Positions 9,632-17,397 of a stretch of DNA of 44,846 bases are shown here, in pieces; position 1 is the first letter of the stretch, and every line of letters begins with the position of its first letter. A model generated the notes under the pieces. It did not search any database. It saw only the letters and a list, made by a program, of their open reading frames with translations, and was not told the DNA's origin. This DNA comes from a bacterium HR33 (lineage in GTDB: Bacteria; Gemmatimonadota; Gemmatimonadetes; Gemmatimonadales; GWC2-71-9). A program made the translations under genes and the position numbers. The stretch covers positions 1 to 44,846 of the forward strand of contig CAMDCH010000002.1 of assembly GCA_945889655.1 (NCBI GenBank). Direction: 5' to 3'.

Positions 9632-10861
9632 TTAGCGCGAGTGGCGGGACTCCAGCTCGGCGATGACTTCGTCCAGCGTGACGCCCTTGGCCCGCATCTC
9701 CACCAGGGCATGATAGAAGAGGTCGCCCGCTTCCCACCGGGCGTTTTCCCGGGTCGGCGATACCGCCAGCTCCTCGGCCTCCTCCAGCAGCTTCTCCCTT
9801 CGGAGGGCCGCGTCGCCCAGGAGCTTCTTCGTATAGCTCGTGCCCGTGCCGGCAGCATCGCGTTGCGCGATGACCTGTTCCAGGCGCTCGAGGCTGAACG
9901 GCCGATCTCCGAAACAGGACTCCGTGAGCTTGTGGCAGGAAGGACCCGAAGGCTCGACCAGGAAGAGGAGCGTGTCGCGGTCGCAGTCCACTTCGACCCG
10001 CACGAGTTTTTGCGTATTCCCGGATTCCTCGCCCTTCTTCCACCGGCCCCGCCGGCGGGAGAAGAGGATGGTGGCACCTTCCTGGATGGCCTCGCGCAGC
10101 GTTTCCGGCGTAGACCGCGAGAACATGAGGACCCGCCCGTCCCGCACATCCTGCACGATCGTGGGAATGACGCCGCCGTTCGATTCGAAACCCGTGACGG
10201 CCACGAGGCAGTCGCCCGGGGTGAACCGCCCCTTGTAGAGCGACATCCCCACCTGCGCATCGATGCCAAGGCGGTCGAGGGTCACGATCTCGTCGAGTGA
10301 CTTGATGCCACCGGCTGCCGTGATGGGCACCTGGGTGGCCTCCGCCATTTCACGAATGCGCGTGAGGTCGATCCCCTTCTCCGATCCCTCGAGGTCCACC
10401 AGCGTGTAGAGGAATCCCGACACGTAGGGCGCGAGCCGCTTCGCCCGGTCGATCGGCGACTCGCCCGTGTACGCGGTCCATCCCTGGTCCACCACCTGCC
10501 CGCGCTCCGCGTCCACCGCCGCCATCACGCGGGCCTTCGGGAACTGCGAGAGAAACTCGGGCTCGGCCTTCGTCCCGATGATGATCTTGCGGGCGCCGGC
10601 GCGCAGGAGCCGCTGGGCGCGCTCCAGGTCCCGGATCCCGCCCCCCACCCGGCAGGGCGCGATGGCGCACAGCTCTTCGACCAGCGGGAGGTTGTCTCCC
10701 TTGCCCATCGCCGCGTCGAGGTCGATCACCGCGATCTCGCCCACGCGGCCGAACTCCCGGGCCAGGTCGCGCGGATCTTTCTCCGACGTGATCACGAGCT
10801 CCTTGCCGCGACGGAGCTGGACCGCCTTGCCGTCGATCAGGTCGATGCTCGGTATCAGCAT
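9632..10861 (-). CDS. hisA-hisIE: fused ProFAR isomerase (HisA) / phosphoribosyl-AMP cyclohydrolase (HisI) / phosphoribosyl-ATP pyrophosphatase (HisE)
   Basis: N-terminus MLIPSIDLIDGKAVQLRRG...VGGGIRD...ITAAGGIKSLDE is HisA-like. The middle part IPTIVQDVRDGRVLMFSRSTPETL...GNTQKLVRVEVDCDRDTLLFLVEPSGPSCH is HisI. The C-terminus SYTKKLLGD...EAGDLFYHALV is HisE. Confidence 0.9.
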   Translation of the reverse strand: MLIPSIDLIDGKAVQLRRGKELVITSEKDPRDLAREFGRVGEIAVIDLDAAMGKGDNLPLVEELCAIAPCRVGGGIRDLERAQRLLRAGARKIIIGTKAEPEFLSQFPKARVMAAVDAERGQVVDQGWTAYTGESPIDRAKRLAPYVSGFLYTLVDLEGSEKGIDLTRIREMAEATQVPITAAGGIKSLDEIVTLDRLGIDAQVGMSLYKGRFTPGDCLVAVTGFESNGGVIPTIVQDVRDGRVLMFSRSTPETLREAIQEGATILFSRRRGRWKKGEESGNTQKLVRVEVDCDRDTLLFLVEPSGPSCHKLTESCFGDRPFSLERLEQVIAQRDAAGTGTSYTKKLLGDAALRREKLLEEAEELAVSPTRENARWEAGDLFYHALVEMRAKGVTLDEVIAELESRHSR

Positions 10862-11625
10862 GGGCGCACCTGGACGCCATTCGCCTGGAGGACCTTCTTC
10901 ACATCACCCACCGTGTAACTCCCGTCATGAAACATCCCCGCCCCCAGCGCGGCGGATGCGCGTCCCTCGCGGATCACGTCCACGAAATGCTCCGGCCGCC
11001 CGGCGCCGCCGGACGCGATGACCGGGATCGTGACCGCGGATGCGATCGCCCGCGTGAAGGTGATGTCGAACCCGTCACGCGTTCCGTCGGAATCGATCAC
11101 GTTCAGCAGGATCTCCCCCGCCCCGAAGCCCGCGACCTTCTTCGCGAACTCGAGGGCATCGATCGCGGTGTCTTCCCGGCCCCCGCGTCGCGTCAGGTGA
11201 CAGCGCTCGAAGGTCGAGTGGCGCACATCCAGCGAAACGATGACGGCCTGCGCGCCCGCCCGCTCGGCGATCTCGCCGAGGACTTCGGGCCGCGTCACCG
11301 CCGCGGATCCCACGCTGATCCGGTCCGCGCCCGAGTCGAGCAGTCGCGACGCATCCTCCCAGCTCTTCACGCCACCACCGACGGAGAACGGAACGAAGAG
11401 CTTCCGCGCCACACGCTCCACCCAGTCGAGCCGGGTGCCGCGCGGCTTGCCCGCCTCGGCCGAGGCCTCGATGTCCAGGAAGGCGATCTCATCCGCGCCC
11501 TGGTCCGCGTAACGGAGCGCGAGATCTACGAGGTCGCCCTGGTCCTTCAGGTCCTTGAACTTCACGCCCTTCACCACGCGGCCGTTCGCCACGTCGAGGC
11601 AGACGATGATGCGGGGCCAGCTCAT
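10855..11625 (-). CDS. hisF: imidazole glycerol phosphate synthase, cyclase subunit
   Basis: RIIVCLDVANGRVVKGVKFKDLKDQGDLVDLALRYADQGADEIAFLDI..., a full-length HisF barrel. It overlaps hisH (4 nt) and hisA-IE (7 nt). Confidence 0.95.
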   Translation of the reverse strand: MSWPRIIVCLDVANGRVVKGVKFKDLKDQGDLVDLALRYADQGADEIAFLDIEASAEAGKPRGTRLDWVERVARKLFVPFSVGGGVKSWEDASRLLDSGADRISVGSAAVTRPEVLGEIAERAGAQAVIVSLDVRHSTFERCHLTRRGGREDTAIDALEFAKKVAGFGAGEILLNVIDSDGTRDGFDITFTRAIASAVTIPVIASGGAGRPEHFVDVIREGRASAALGAGMFHDGSYTVGDVKKVLQANGVQVRPC

Positions 11626-12218
11626 ATGCGGAGGTCCTGGCCGTTGAGCGAGCGCGAGAGCAGCTCCAGGCCGGGATTACCCGACCGCTCGGGGTGAAAC
11701 TGGAACCCCATGACCGCACCGCTGGAGACAATCGCGGGAAAACGCTCGCCCCACTCGGCTGTTTCCTTGACCACCGTCGGATCCTCGGGCTCCACCACGA
11801 AGCTGTGGGCGAAATAGAGCGGGGTGCGGGTCTTCCCCACCGGACACCAGCCCAGGTGCGGAAGCGGGAGGTCGTCCACGTTCAGCCTGCGCACATGACC
11901 CCCGAGGATCCCGATCCCCTGGACCCCCGGAGCTTCCTCGGACCAGCCGAACAACATCTGGAGGCCGAGACAGACTCCCACGACTCGGCGCCCGGAAGCG
12001 GCAGCGGCGCGGATGCTGTCCGCGACACCCGACGTGTTGATGGTGTTCATCGCGGCGCCGTAGTTCCCCACGCCGGGAAGCAGGATGGGGCCTTCCGCCG
12101 GCAGGTCCGCGGGCGCACGCACCAGCTTCTGCGGAAGGCCGAGCTCTTCCATCGCGCGGCGGGCATTGCCCAGGTTGCCCGCGCCATAGTCGATCACCGC
12201 GACTTCGAACGACTTCAC
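11622..12218 (-). CDS. hisH: imidazole glycerol phosphate synthase, glutamine amidotransferase subunit
   Basis: VAVIDYGAGNLGNARRAMEELG...GVCLGLQMLF (catalytic Cys)...FQFHPERS, a class I GATase of HisH type. Confidence 0.95.
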   Translation of the reverse strand: MKSFEVAVIDYGAGNLGNARRAMEELGLPQKLVRAPADLPAEGPILLPGVGNYGAAMNTINTSGVADSIRAAAASGRRVVGVCLGLQMLFGWSEEAPGVQGIGILGGHVRRLNVDDLPLPHLGWCPVGKTRTPLYFAHSFVVEPEDPTVVKETAEWGERFPAIVSSGAVMGFQFHPERSGNPGLELLSRSLNGQDLRI

Positions 12219-12844
12219 TCCAGCACGCCTTTTGTGCTCGGTATCGAGCCGCCGCGGGCGGGGTCACGGGAAACCGCGAGCCCAAGCGCCGCACCGGCGC
12301 TCTTGAAGAGCGCCTCGATCTTGTGGTGTTCGTTCTCTCCGTACTGGACCCGCACGTGCCAGTTGGCCTTGCTCGCGTTCGCCAGCGACTTGAAGAACTC
12401 CGGGAGCAGGTCGAGATCGAGATCGCCCTGCCGGTCCTTCGCGAACCGCGCGTCGAAGACGCAGTAGGGACGGCCCGACAGGTCCACCGCGCAGAAACCC
12501 AGCGCGTCATCCATCGGGACCGACGCACTGGCGGCCCGGCGGATGCCGCGCCGCTCGCCCAGCGCTTCGCGCAGCGCCTGCCCCAGCGCGAGACCCACAT
12601 CTTCGACCGTGTGATGCTGGTCGACCTGGACATCGCCTTTCGCCTCCAGCGTGAGATCCAGGTTGGCGAATCGGCAGAACGCGTCCAGCATGTGGCTGAA
12701 GAACGGAATCGGCGTCTCGATCTTCGTGGCACCGCTGCCATCCACGTTCAGCTCGAGCCTGATGGTCGTTTCGCCGGTCTTGCGCGATACCGACGCTCGC
12801 CGCCCCAAAGGCTTCGCGGGTGACCCCTTCCGCTTCGGACTCAT
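12215..12844 (-). CDS. hisB: imidazoleglycerol-phosphate dehydratase (monofunctional)
   Basis: RKTGETTIRLELNVDGSG...DQHHTVEDVGLALGQAL...GENEHHKIEALFKS. At 209 aa there is no fused phosphatase domain. Confidence 0.95.
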   Translation of the reverse strand: MSPKRKGSPAKPLGRRASVSRKTGETTIRLELNVDGSGATKIETPIPFFSHMLDAFCRFANLDLTLEAKGDVQVDQHHTVEDVGLALGQALREALGERRGIRRAASASVPMDDALGFCAVDLSGRPYCVFDARFAKDRQGDLDLDLLPEFFKSLANASKANWHVRVQYGENEHHKIEALFKSAGAALGLAVSRDPARGGSIPSTKGVLE

Positions 12845-14628
12845 GACTCGCTCCCCTCGTTGACGGCATCACGCTCGGCGAACACCGAAGCGATCTCCTC
12901 GGCACGGCCGATGATCGCGATGGGCTGGCCCTCGCGGAGCACCGCCTCGCGCCGGTCACCGGCGTCCGGGCCGCGCACGGCCACGGACCGGATGCCGGCG
13001 CGCTTCGCGGCCAGCAGGTCCGCCGGCCCGTCACCCACCATCCATGCCGCCTTTGCGCCGAGCTTCCGCAGGGCTGCTCTCACCGCGTCGGGCTCGGGTT
13101 TCTTCTTCTTCACGTCATCGGTGGTGATCACCGCCTTGAAGAAGCGAGCGGCTTTTCCGGCCTTCAGTGCCATGCGTGCTTCCTCGCGCGTCCGGCCTGT
13201 CACGATGCCCAGCGGAAACTGCTTCGCCAGCTTCTCGAGCGTCTTGAGCGGAAAGAGCCACTGCTCTTTGCGACAGAGTCCCGGTGTCTTCCGCGTGCCG
13301 AGGTAGATCTCCTGGAACCGGCGCTCGACCTCCTTGCGGTCGGCCTTCACGCCCAGCTTCGCCAGGGCGATGCAGGTCGCGTCGTGGTCGTCGTTGGCGT
13401 CGGTACGCTCTTTCACCGCCAGGATGCTCTCGCGGCCGGGGTTCTTCCCCGGCGGCAGGAAGCTGCGGACTGTCCGCACGATGGTTTCGTCGTAGGACTC
13501 GCGTACGTCCACCAGCACGCCATCCATGTCGAAGAGGATCGCGTCCGGCGCATCCGCCGTCAGCAGGCGCATCTCGTCCAGGAAGCGTTCGACCTCCCGG
13601 TCGGTCCCGGCGCTGATCCGCACCCATCCGCCCATGCCGGCCAGGTGGCTGCGGTTCCGGATCGCGATGCCGCGCCGCGCGAGCGCCTGCGTGACGCGGC
13701 CGGCGCGCTCCGTGTCGCCCAGGTCGAGCAGGACGAAGTTGGCGCGCGTCGGGAGGTTCTTCAGGTCCAGGTCGTCGAGACCGGCCGCCAGGCGGCGCAC
13801 GGCGCGACGTGACTGCTTCACGGTCGCGGTCACGTGCGCGCTGTCGTCGAGGGCTGCGAGGCCGAGCTCCGCGGCAGTTGCCGTGATTGGATAGGGGACA
13901 TTAATCCTGGCGAGCAGCTCGATCAGCGGGGCGCTGCCGATCAGCCCGCCGATCCGCTCGCCCGCCAGTCCCAGCGCCTTCGAGAAGGTCCGGCTCACGA
14001 GGACGTTCGGCAGCTTCACCGCGATGCGGATGGCACTCACCCCGAAGAACTCGGCGTAGGCCTCGTCCACCAGGAACAGGGTCCGCCGGTGATCCCGCGC
14101 CAGCCGCTCGAGGAATTCCAGCGCCGGGGCGGCGCCCGTCGGGTTGTCGGGATTGCCGAGCACCACCAGTCGCGGCGGCACGCCGGCGTCCTCGACCGCC
14201 GTCCGGAATCCCGCGGTGGGAAACGCGAATCCATTCGCCGCGTCCACCGGGACGGTGACGACTCTCGCTTCCCGCCGCTCGGCCGCCCACGCGTAGAGCT
14301 CGAAGGACGGTGCCGCCACGACGCAGCTGTCACCGCGGTTCAGCACGAGCTCGGCGGCCAGCGCGATGGCGGGACCAGAACCGGACGTCAGGAGCACCTG
14401 GTCGACCGAGACTTTGAGGTCCCGCGCCCACCGCTCGCGCAGGGCCTGTGGCGCCGGGTACCGCGAAAGATGCCCGCCTCCCAGCTCAGCCAGCCGGGCG
14501 AGCACCTTGGGCGATGCCCCCAGCGGGTTCTCGTTCCCGTCCAGCAGGACCGCGGGTCGCGCGCTCGTGAGGCCGCGGTACGGCGGCAGCGCGCGGACGG
14601 CTTCCCGCACCAGCTGCTCCACGCTCAT
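12841..14628 (-). CDS. hisC: histidinol-phosphate aminotransferase fused to a C-terminal HAD-superfamily phosphatase domain
   Basis: Track ORF 12841..15090 trimmed to the ATG at 14628 (MSVEQLVREAVRALPPY...), which overlaps the hisG stop (ATGA). Aminotransferase part: LDGNENPLG...SRTFSKALGLAGERIG (PLP Lys). C-terminal part: AILFDMDGVLVDV (HAD motif I)...GIVTGRTR...MVGDGPADLLAAKRAG. Confidence 0.9.
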   Translation of the reverse strand: MSVEQLVREAVRALPPYRGLTSARPAVLLDGNENPLGASPKVLARLAELGGGHLSRYPAPQALRERWARDLKVSVDQVLLTSGSGPAIALAAELVLNRGDSCVVAAPSFELYAWAAERREARVVTVPVDAANGFAFPTAGFRTAVEDAGVPPRLVVLGNPDNPTGAAPALEFLERLARDHRRTLFLVDEAYAEFFGVSAIRIAVKLPNVLVSRTFSKALGLAGERIGGLIGSAPLIELLARINVPYPITATAAELGLAALDDSAHVTATVKQSRRAVRRLAAGLDDLDLKNLPTRANFVLLDLGDTERAGRVTQALARRGIAIRNRSHLAGMGGWVRISAGTDREVERFLDEMRLLTADAPDAILFDMDGVLVDVRESYDETIVRTVRSFLPPGKNPGRESILAVKERTDANDDHDATCIALAKLGVKADRKEVERRFQEIYLGTRKTPGLCRKEQWLFPLKTLEKLAKQFPLGIVTGRTREEARMALKAGKAARFFKAVITTDDVKKKKPEPDAVRAALRKLGAKAAWMVGDGPADLLAAKRAGIRSVAVRGPDAGDRREAVLREGQPIAIIGRAEEIASVFAERDAVNEGSES

Positions 14629-15479
14629 GGAATGACCTTGCGGATCGGATACTCGAGGATGTCGCTCGCGCCCAGCTGCTTGAGCCGCGGCACGAGGCGG
14701 GGGACGTCGGCCTGCGGCACCGCGGCCTTCAGCACGTGCGAGCCGTCGGCGAGCTGGGAGACCGTGGGACTCTTCATCGCGGGCAGGAGCTTGATCACCT
14801 GGTCCAGGTTGCCGTTGGCGACGTTCATCTCCAGTATGACGCGACTCGCGGCGGCGCGCACACCACGCATGAGCAGCACGAGATCCTCGGCAAACTCCTT
14901 CACCTCCGGACGCTTCAGCGACGCCGCGGAGCCGATGAAGCGCGTCGAGGAGGACATGAGCTTCTCGACGATCACCAGGTTGTTCTCGCGCAGCGTCTGC
15001 CCCGTCGCGGAATTGTCGACGATCATGTCGGCGTCCTCGGGCGGGAAGACTTCCGTGGCCCCGTACGAGCGGACGAAACGGAACGCCCATCCCTTCTTCT
15101 CGAAGAAACGCCGCGTCAGGTTCTCGTATTCGGAAGCAACGACCAGCGGGGCCGCGCCGGACGGCGGCGGGGTCCAGCCCTGGGATGCCGCGGCCACGAT
15201 GTCTACGGGCTCCAGCTCCGTGTCATCCAGTATCTCCACCTGGCCGCCACTCTCGGAAATCCAGTCGAAGCCGGTGAAGCCAAGGTCGTGCCGGCCGAGC
15301 TCGACCAGCGCCGGGATGTTCTGCGGCTTGAGGATCTTCAGCTCGAGGCGCGGATCGCTGGCCTTCGGCCGGTAGGAACGCTCGTGCTCCTTGACCACCA
15401 GGCCCGCCTGTGCGAGCTGGGACAGGAGCGAGGTGAACATCCGGCCCTTCGGTAACGCGAGCGTTATTGGCTGTGACAT
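14625..15479 (-). CDS. hisG: ATP phosphoribosyltransferase, long form with C-terminal regulatory domain
   Basis: Track ORF 14625..15671 trimmed to the ATG at 15479 (MSQPITLALPKGRMF...). The upstream part of the ORF is translated repeat DNA. At 284 aa with a C-terminal HisG_C-like segment it is the long form. Confidence 0.93.
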   Translation of the reverse strand: MSQPITLALPKGRMFTSLLSQLAQAGLVVKEHERSYRPKASDPRLELKILKPQNIPALVELGRHDLGFTGFDWISESGGQVEILDDTELEPVDIVAAASQGWTPPPSGAAPLVVASEYENLTRRFFEKKGWAFRFVRSYGATEVFPPEDADMIVDNSATGQTLRENNLVIVEKLMSSSTRFIGSAASLKRPEVKEFAEDLVLLMRGVRAAASRVILEMNVANGNLDQVIKLLPAMKSPTVSQLADGSHVLKAAVPQADVPRLVPRLKQLGASDILEYPIRKVIP

Positions 15480-15509
15480 CGTTTTTCCTTCTCCATCCTG
15501 GAGTGTTAT

Positions 15510-15664
15510 CCTCACCCCCTTGCCCCTCTCCCTTACGGGAGAGGGGGGACCTCCATTCGAACCCTGCCTTTCGAACCCAGGCCCCGATGTCCGGACTGGG
15601 TTCGAAACCGTGAACAGTTTTCGTACTCTCCCCTCTCCCGTAGGGAGAGGGGCAGGGGGAGAGG
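15510..15664. repeat. MITE/REP-like element: two inverted copies of a ~37-nt module, each containing its own hairpin, flanking a ~75-nt core
   Basis: Left module, 15510-15546: CCTCACCCCCTTGCCCCTCTCCCTTACGGGAGAGGGG. The reverse complement of 15628-15664 is CCTCTCCCCCTGCCCCTCTCCCTACGGGAGAGGGG (1 mismatch, 2 single-nt indels). Internal hairpins are CCCCTCTCCC/GGGAGAGGGG at 15523-15546 and 15630-15652. The core has TTCGAACCC...GGGTTCGAA inverted repeats. Confidence 0.55.
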
Positions 15665-15700
15665 TAAACAAAAACCCCCGGACCCATTCGGTCCCGGGGG
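15662..15700 (-). terminator. intrinsic terminator in the hisG leader (attenuator terminator candidate)
   Basis: The minus strand reads CCCCCGGGACC-GAAUG-GGUCCGGGGG (10 bp, one bulged G) followed directly by UUUUUGUUU. Confidence 0.6.
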
Positions 15701-15728
15701 AGACAAGATCACCGTCCTGGCTTGCGGC

Positions 15729-15809
15729 TTACGCGCGCACGGCAACCTTCGTCCCAGCCGGGGCCGGACGATGATGGTGCACGTGATGCTGCTGGCCTAG
15801 AATGGTCAT
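15729..15809 (-). CDS. putative histidine-rich leader peptide of the his operon (26 aa: MTILGQQHHVHHHRPAPAGTKVAVRA)
   Basis: Hand translation of the minus strand: ATG ACC ATT CTA GGC CAG CAG CAT CAC GTG CAC CAT CAT CGT ... TAA. Five His fall within six codons. It lies upstream of hisG and 28 nt before a terminator. It is too short for the ORF track and has no Shine-Dalgarno. Confidence 0.55.
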   Translation of the reverse strand: MTILGQQHHVHHHRPAPAGTKVAVRA

Positions 15810-15818
15810 GAGGCAGGG

Positions 15819-15847
15819 AGAGTAAGGCACCACCGGGAGAGCGTCAA
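15819..15847 (-). promoter_or_regulatory. sigma70-like promoter candidate for the his leader (TTGACG-17 nt-TACTCT)
   Basis: On the minus strand TTGACG (15847-15842), a 17-nt spacer and TACTCT (15824-15819). The -10 element ends 9 nt before the leader ATG, which implies a leaderless or nearly leaderless transcript. Confidence 0.35.
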
Positions 15848-15865
15848 GGGTAGATTCAGGAGCCT

Positions 15866-17251
15866 ATGATCCACCGTTTTAGCCTGTGCGCGACCGTTGC
15901 GTTGCTGGTGCTGGCGGGACCAGCGAGCGCGCAGTCGCGGCACAAGAAGCTGAACACCCGCGTGGACTCGCTGGCCCGCAAGGCGCTGGCCGACTGGCTC
16001 ACACCCGGCATGTCCATCGCGGTATCGCGCGGCAATGACGTTCTCGTATCACGCGGATACGGCATCGCGCGCCTGATGGACAGCACGCCCGCCTCCCCGG
16101 AAACCGTCTACCCCATCGCCTCCATCACCAAGCAGTTCACCGCGGCCGCCATCATGCAGCTGGCGGAAAAGCGTCGCATCAAGCTCAAGGACGAGTTCTG
16201 GGTTCACCTGCCGGAATACGCCACCCGCCAGCGGTTCACGATCCAGCAGCTCCTGAACCACACGTCGGGTATTCCCGACTGGGCCTCGGTCCCCGATTTC
16301 GCGGGCCGCAACCAGTCCACGCTCGACCTGACGCCCCAGCAGTTCCTCGTGGCGTTCGCGAACCGTTCCTACAATTTCGCGCCCGGGCAGAAGTTCGCGT
16401 ACAGCAACGCCGGCTACTACCTGCTCGGCCTGCTCGTCGAGAAAATCTCGGGTGAGCGCTATGGGGACTACATCCGGACCCACCTGCTCGATCCGGCGCT
16501 CATGATCAACTCGAAATACTGCACCCCTGATGGGCCGCACCGCGCCCGCGGGTACCGCGCGCTCGATTCGATGATTGTGCCGGCCACCCCCATCGGCGAC
16601 GACGAGATGTATGCAGCCGCCGGACTCTGCTCCACCGCGGCCGACCTCCTCAAGTGGCCCCGTGCCCTATCCGACGGTAGCCTGATCAACAACTTCTCCT
16701 GGAAACAGATGATTGAGCCCGCCGAGCTCGCCGACGGATCAACCGTGAGCTATGGATACGGTGTCACGCTGGGCCGGCTCGGGAAGCACCGGTTCGTGGG
16801 ACATGGCGGCGCAGTAAGGGGGTTTGCCAGCCAGATCTCCTACTATCCGGATGCCGACGTCACCGTCGTAGTCCTGGCCAACTCGGAGCAAGCCGTTCCT
16901 CGCCGCATAGCTGACCAGATCGCGCGCATGGTGCTCGGCATGGTTGAGCCCAGGGTCAAAGACCTGCCCTTGGCTGCCTCCGACTTCGAGAAGTATGTCG
17001 GGGCCTACGACCTGGCCGGCACCGCGATCCAGGTTTACGAGCGCGCCGGTCGACTGATGATGAGGGTCGATGATGGCGGCGGGTCCGTCTTGCTCTACCA
17101 GGGATCCAACGAATTCGCGACCGAGGCCGACCCCACCACCACGCTCTACTTCCGAATGTCGCGAGGCTATGCGAAATCGCTGGTATTCACGACGGGAGGC
17201 CTAAGCCTGAACGCTGATAGACTAGACGCAGTGAGCACACACTCACGATAG
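15866..17251 (+). CDS. secreted serine hydrolase of the beta-lactamase/penicillin-binding (class C-like) family
   Basis: AGGAG at 15858-15862 before the ATG. Signal peptide ...LLVLAGPASAQS. SxxK motif in PIASITKQF. YSNAGYYLLG (YxN). Confidence 0.88.
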   Translation: MIHRFSLCATVALLVLAGPASAQSRHKKLNTRVDSLARKALADWLTPGMSIAVSRGNDVLVSRGYGIARLMDSTPASPETVYPIASITKQFTAAAIMQLAEKRRIKLKDEFWVHLPEYATRQRFTIQQLLNHTSGIPDWASVPDFAGRNQSTLDLTPQQFLVAFANRSYNFAPGQKFAYSNAGYYLLGLLVEKISGERYGDYIRTHLLDPALMINSKYCTPDGPHRARGYRALDSMIVPATPIGDDEMYAAAGLCSTAADLLKWPRALSDGSLINNFSWKQMIEPAELADGSTVSYGYGVTLGRLGKHRFVGHGGAVRGFASQISYYPDADVTVVVLANSEQAVPRRIADQIARMVLGMVEPRVKDLPLAASDFEKYVGAYDLAGTAIQVYERAGRLMMRVDDGGGSVLLYQGSNEFATEADPTTTLYFRMSRGYAKSLVFTTGGLSLNADRLDAVSTHSR

Positions 17252-17397
17252 CCTGAAGCCCGCTTCGTTGTACATCAACAATACATCATCGCGATATAAT
17301 CGAGTCAGGTTCAAGTCATTGTAGTTTGCTAACATATTACAATTACAACACTTACGTTAAGACAGGGTACCAGTAGCCGACCGGCACAGTTAGATTT

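Noticed and set aside
7873-10269. N-terminal extensions of track ORFs (798-aa UbiB ORF, 749-aa hisC ORF 12841..15090, 771-aa cyclase ORF 25035..27350, 348-aa hisG ORF, 929-aa PEP-enzyme ORF).
   Set aside because: The extensions overlap the upstream gene in another frame and have junk-like composition. Each is superseded by an internal ATG or GTG that sits in an ATGA/GTGA overlap or behind a Shine-Dalgarno, where family similarity begins.
15598-15609. GGGTTCGAAACC, reminiscent of a tRNA T-arm (GGTTCGAATCC).
   Set aside because: No acceptor stem, D-arm or anticodon arm can be built around it. It is one half of the TTCGAACCC/GGGTTCGAA inverted repeat inside the repeat element.
15533-15745. ORFs of 70-154 aa running through 15223-15774 with Gly/Glu/Pro-rich repeats (PLPLSLTGEGG..., SPVGRGAGGEV...).
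   Set aside because: They are translations of the palindromic repeat element and the leader/terminator region, not genes.
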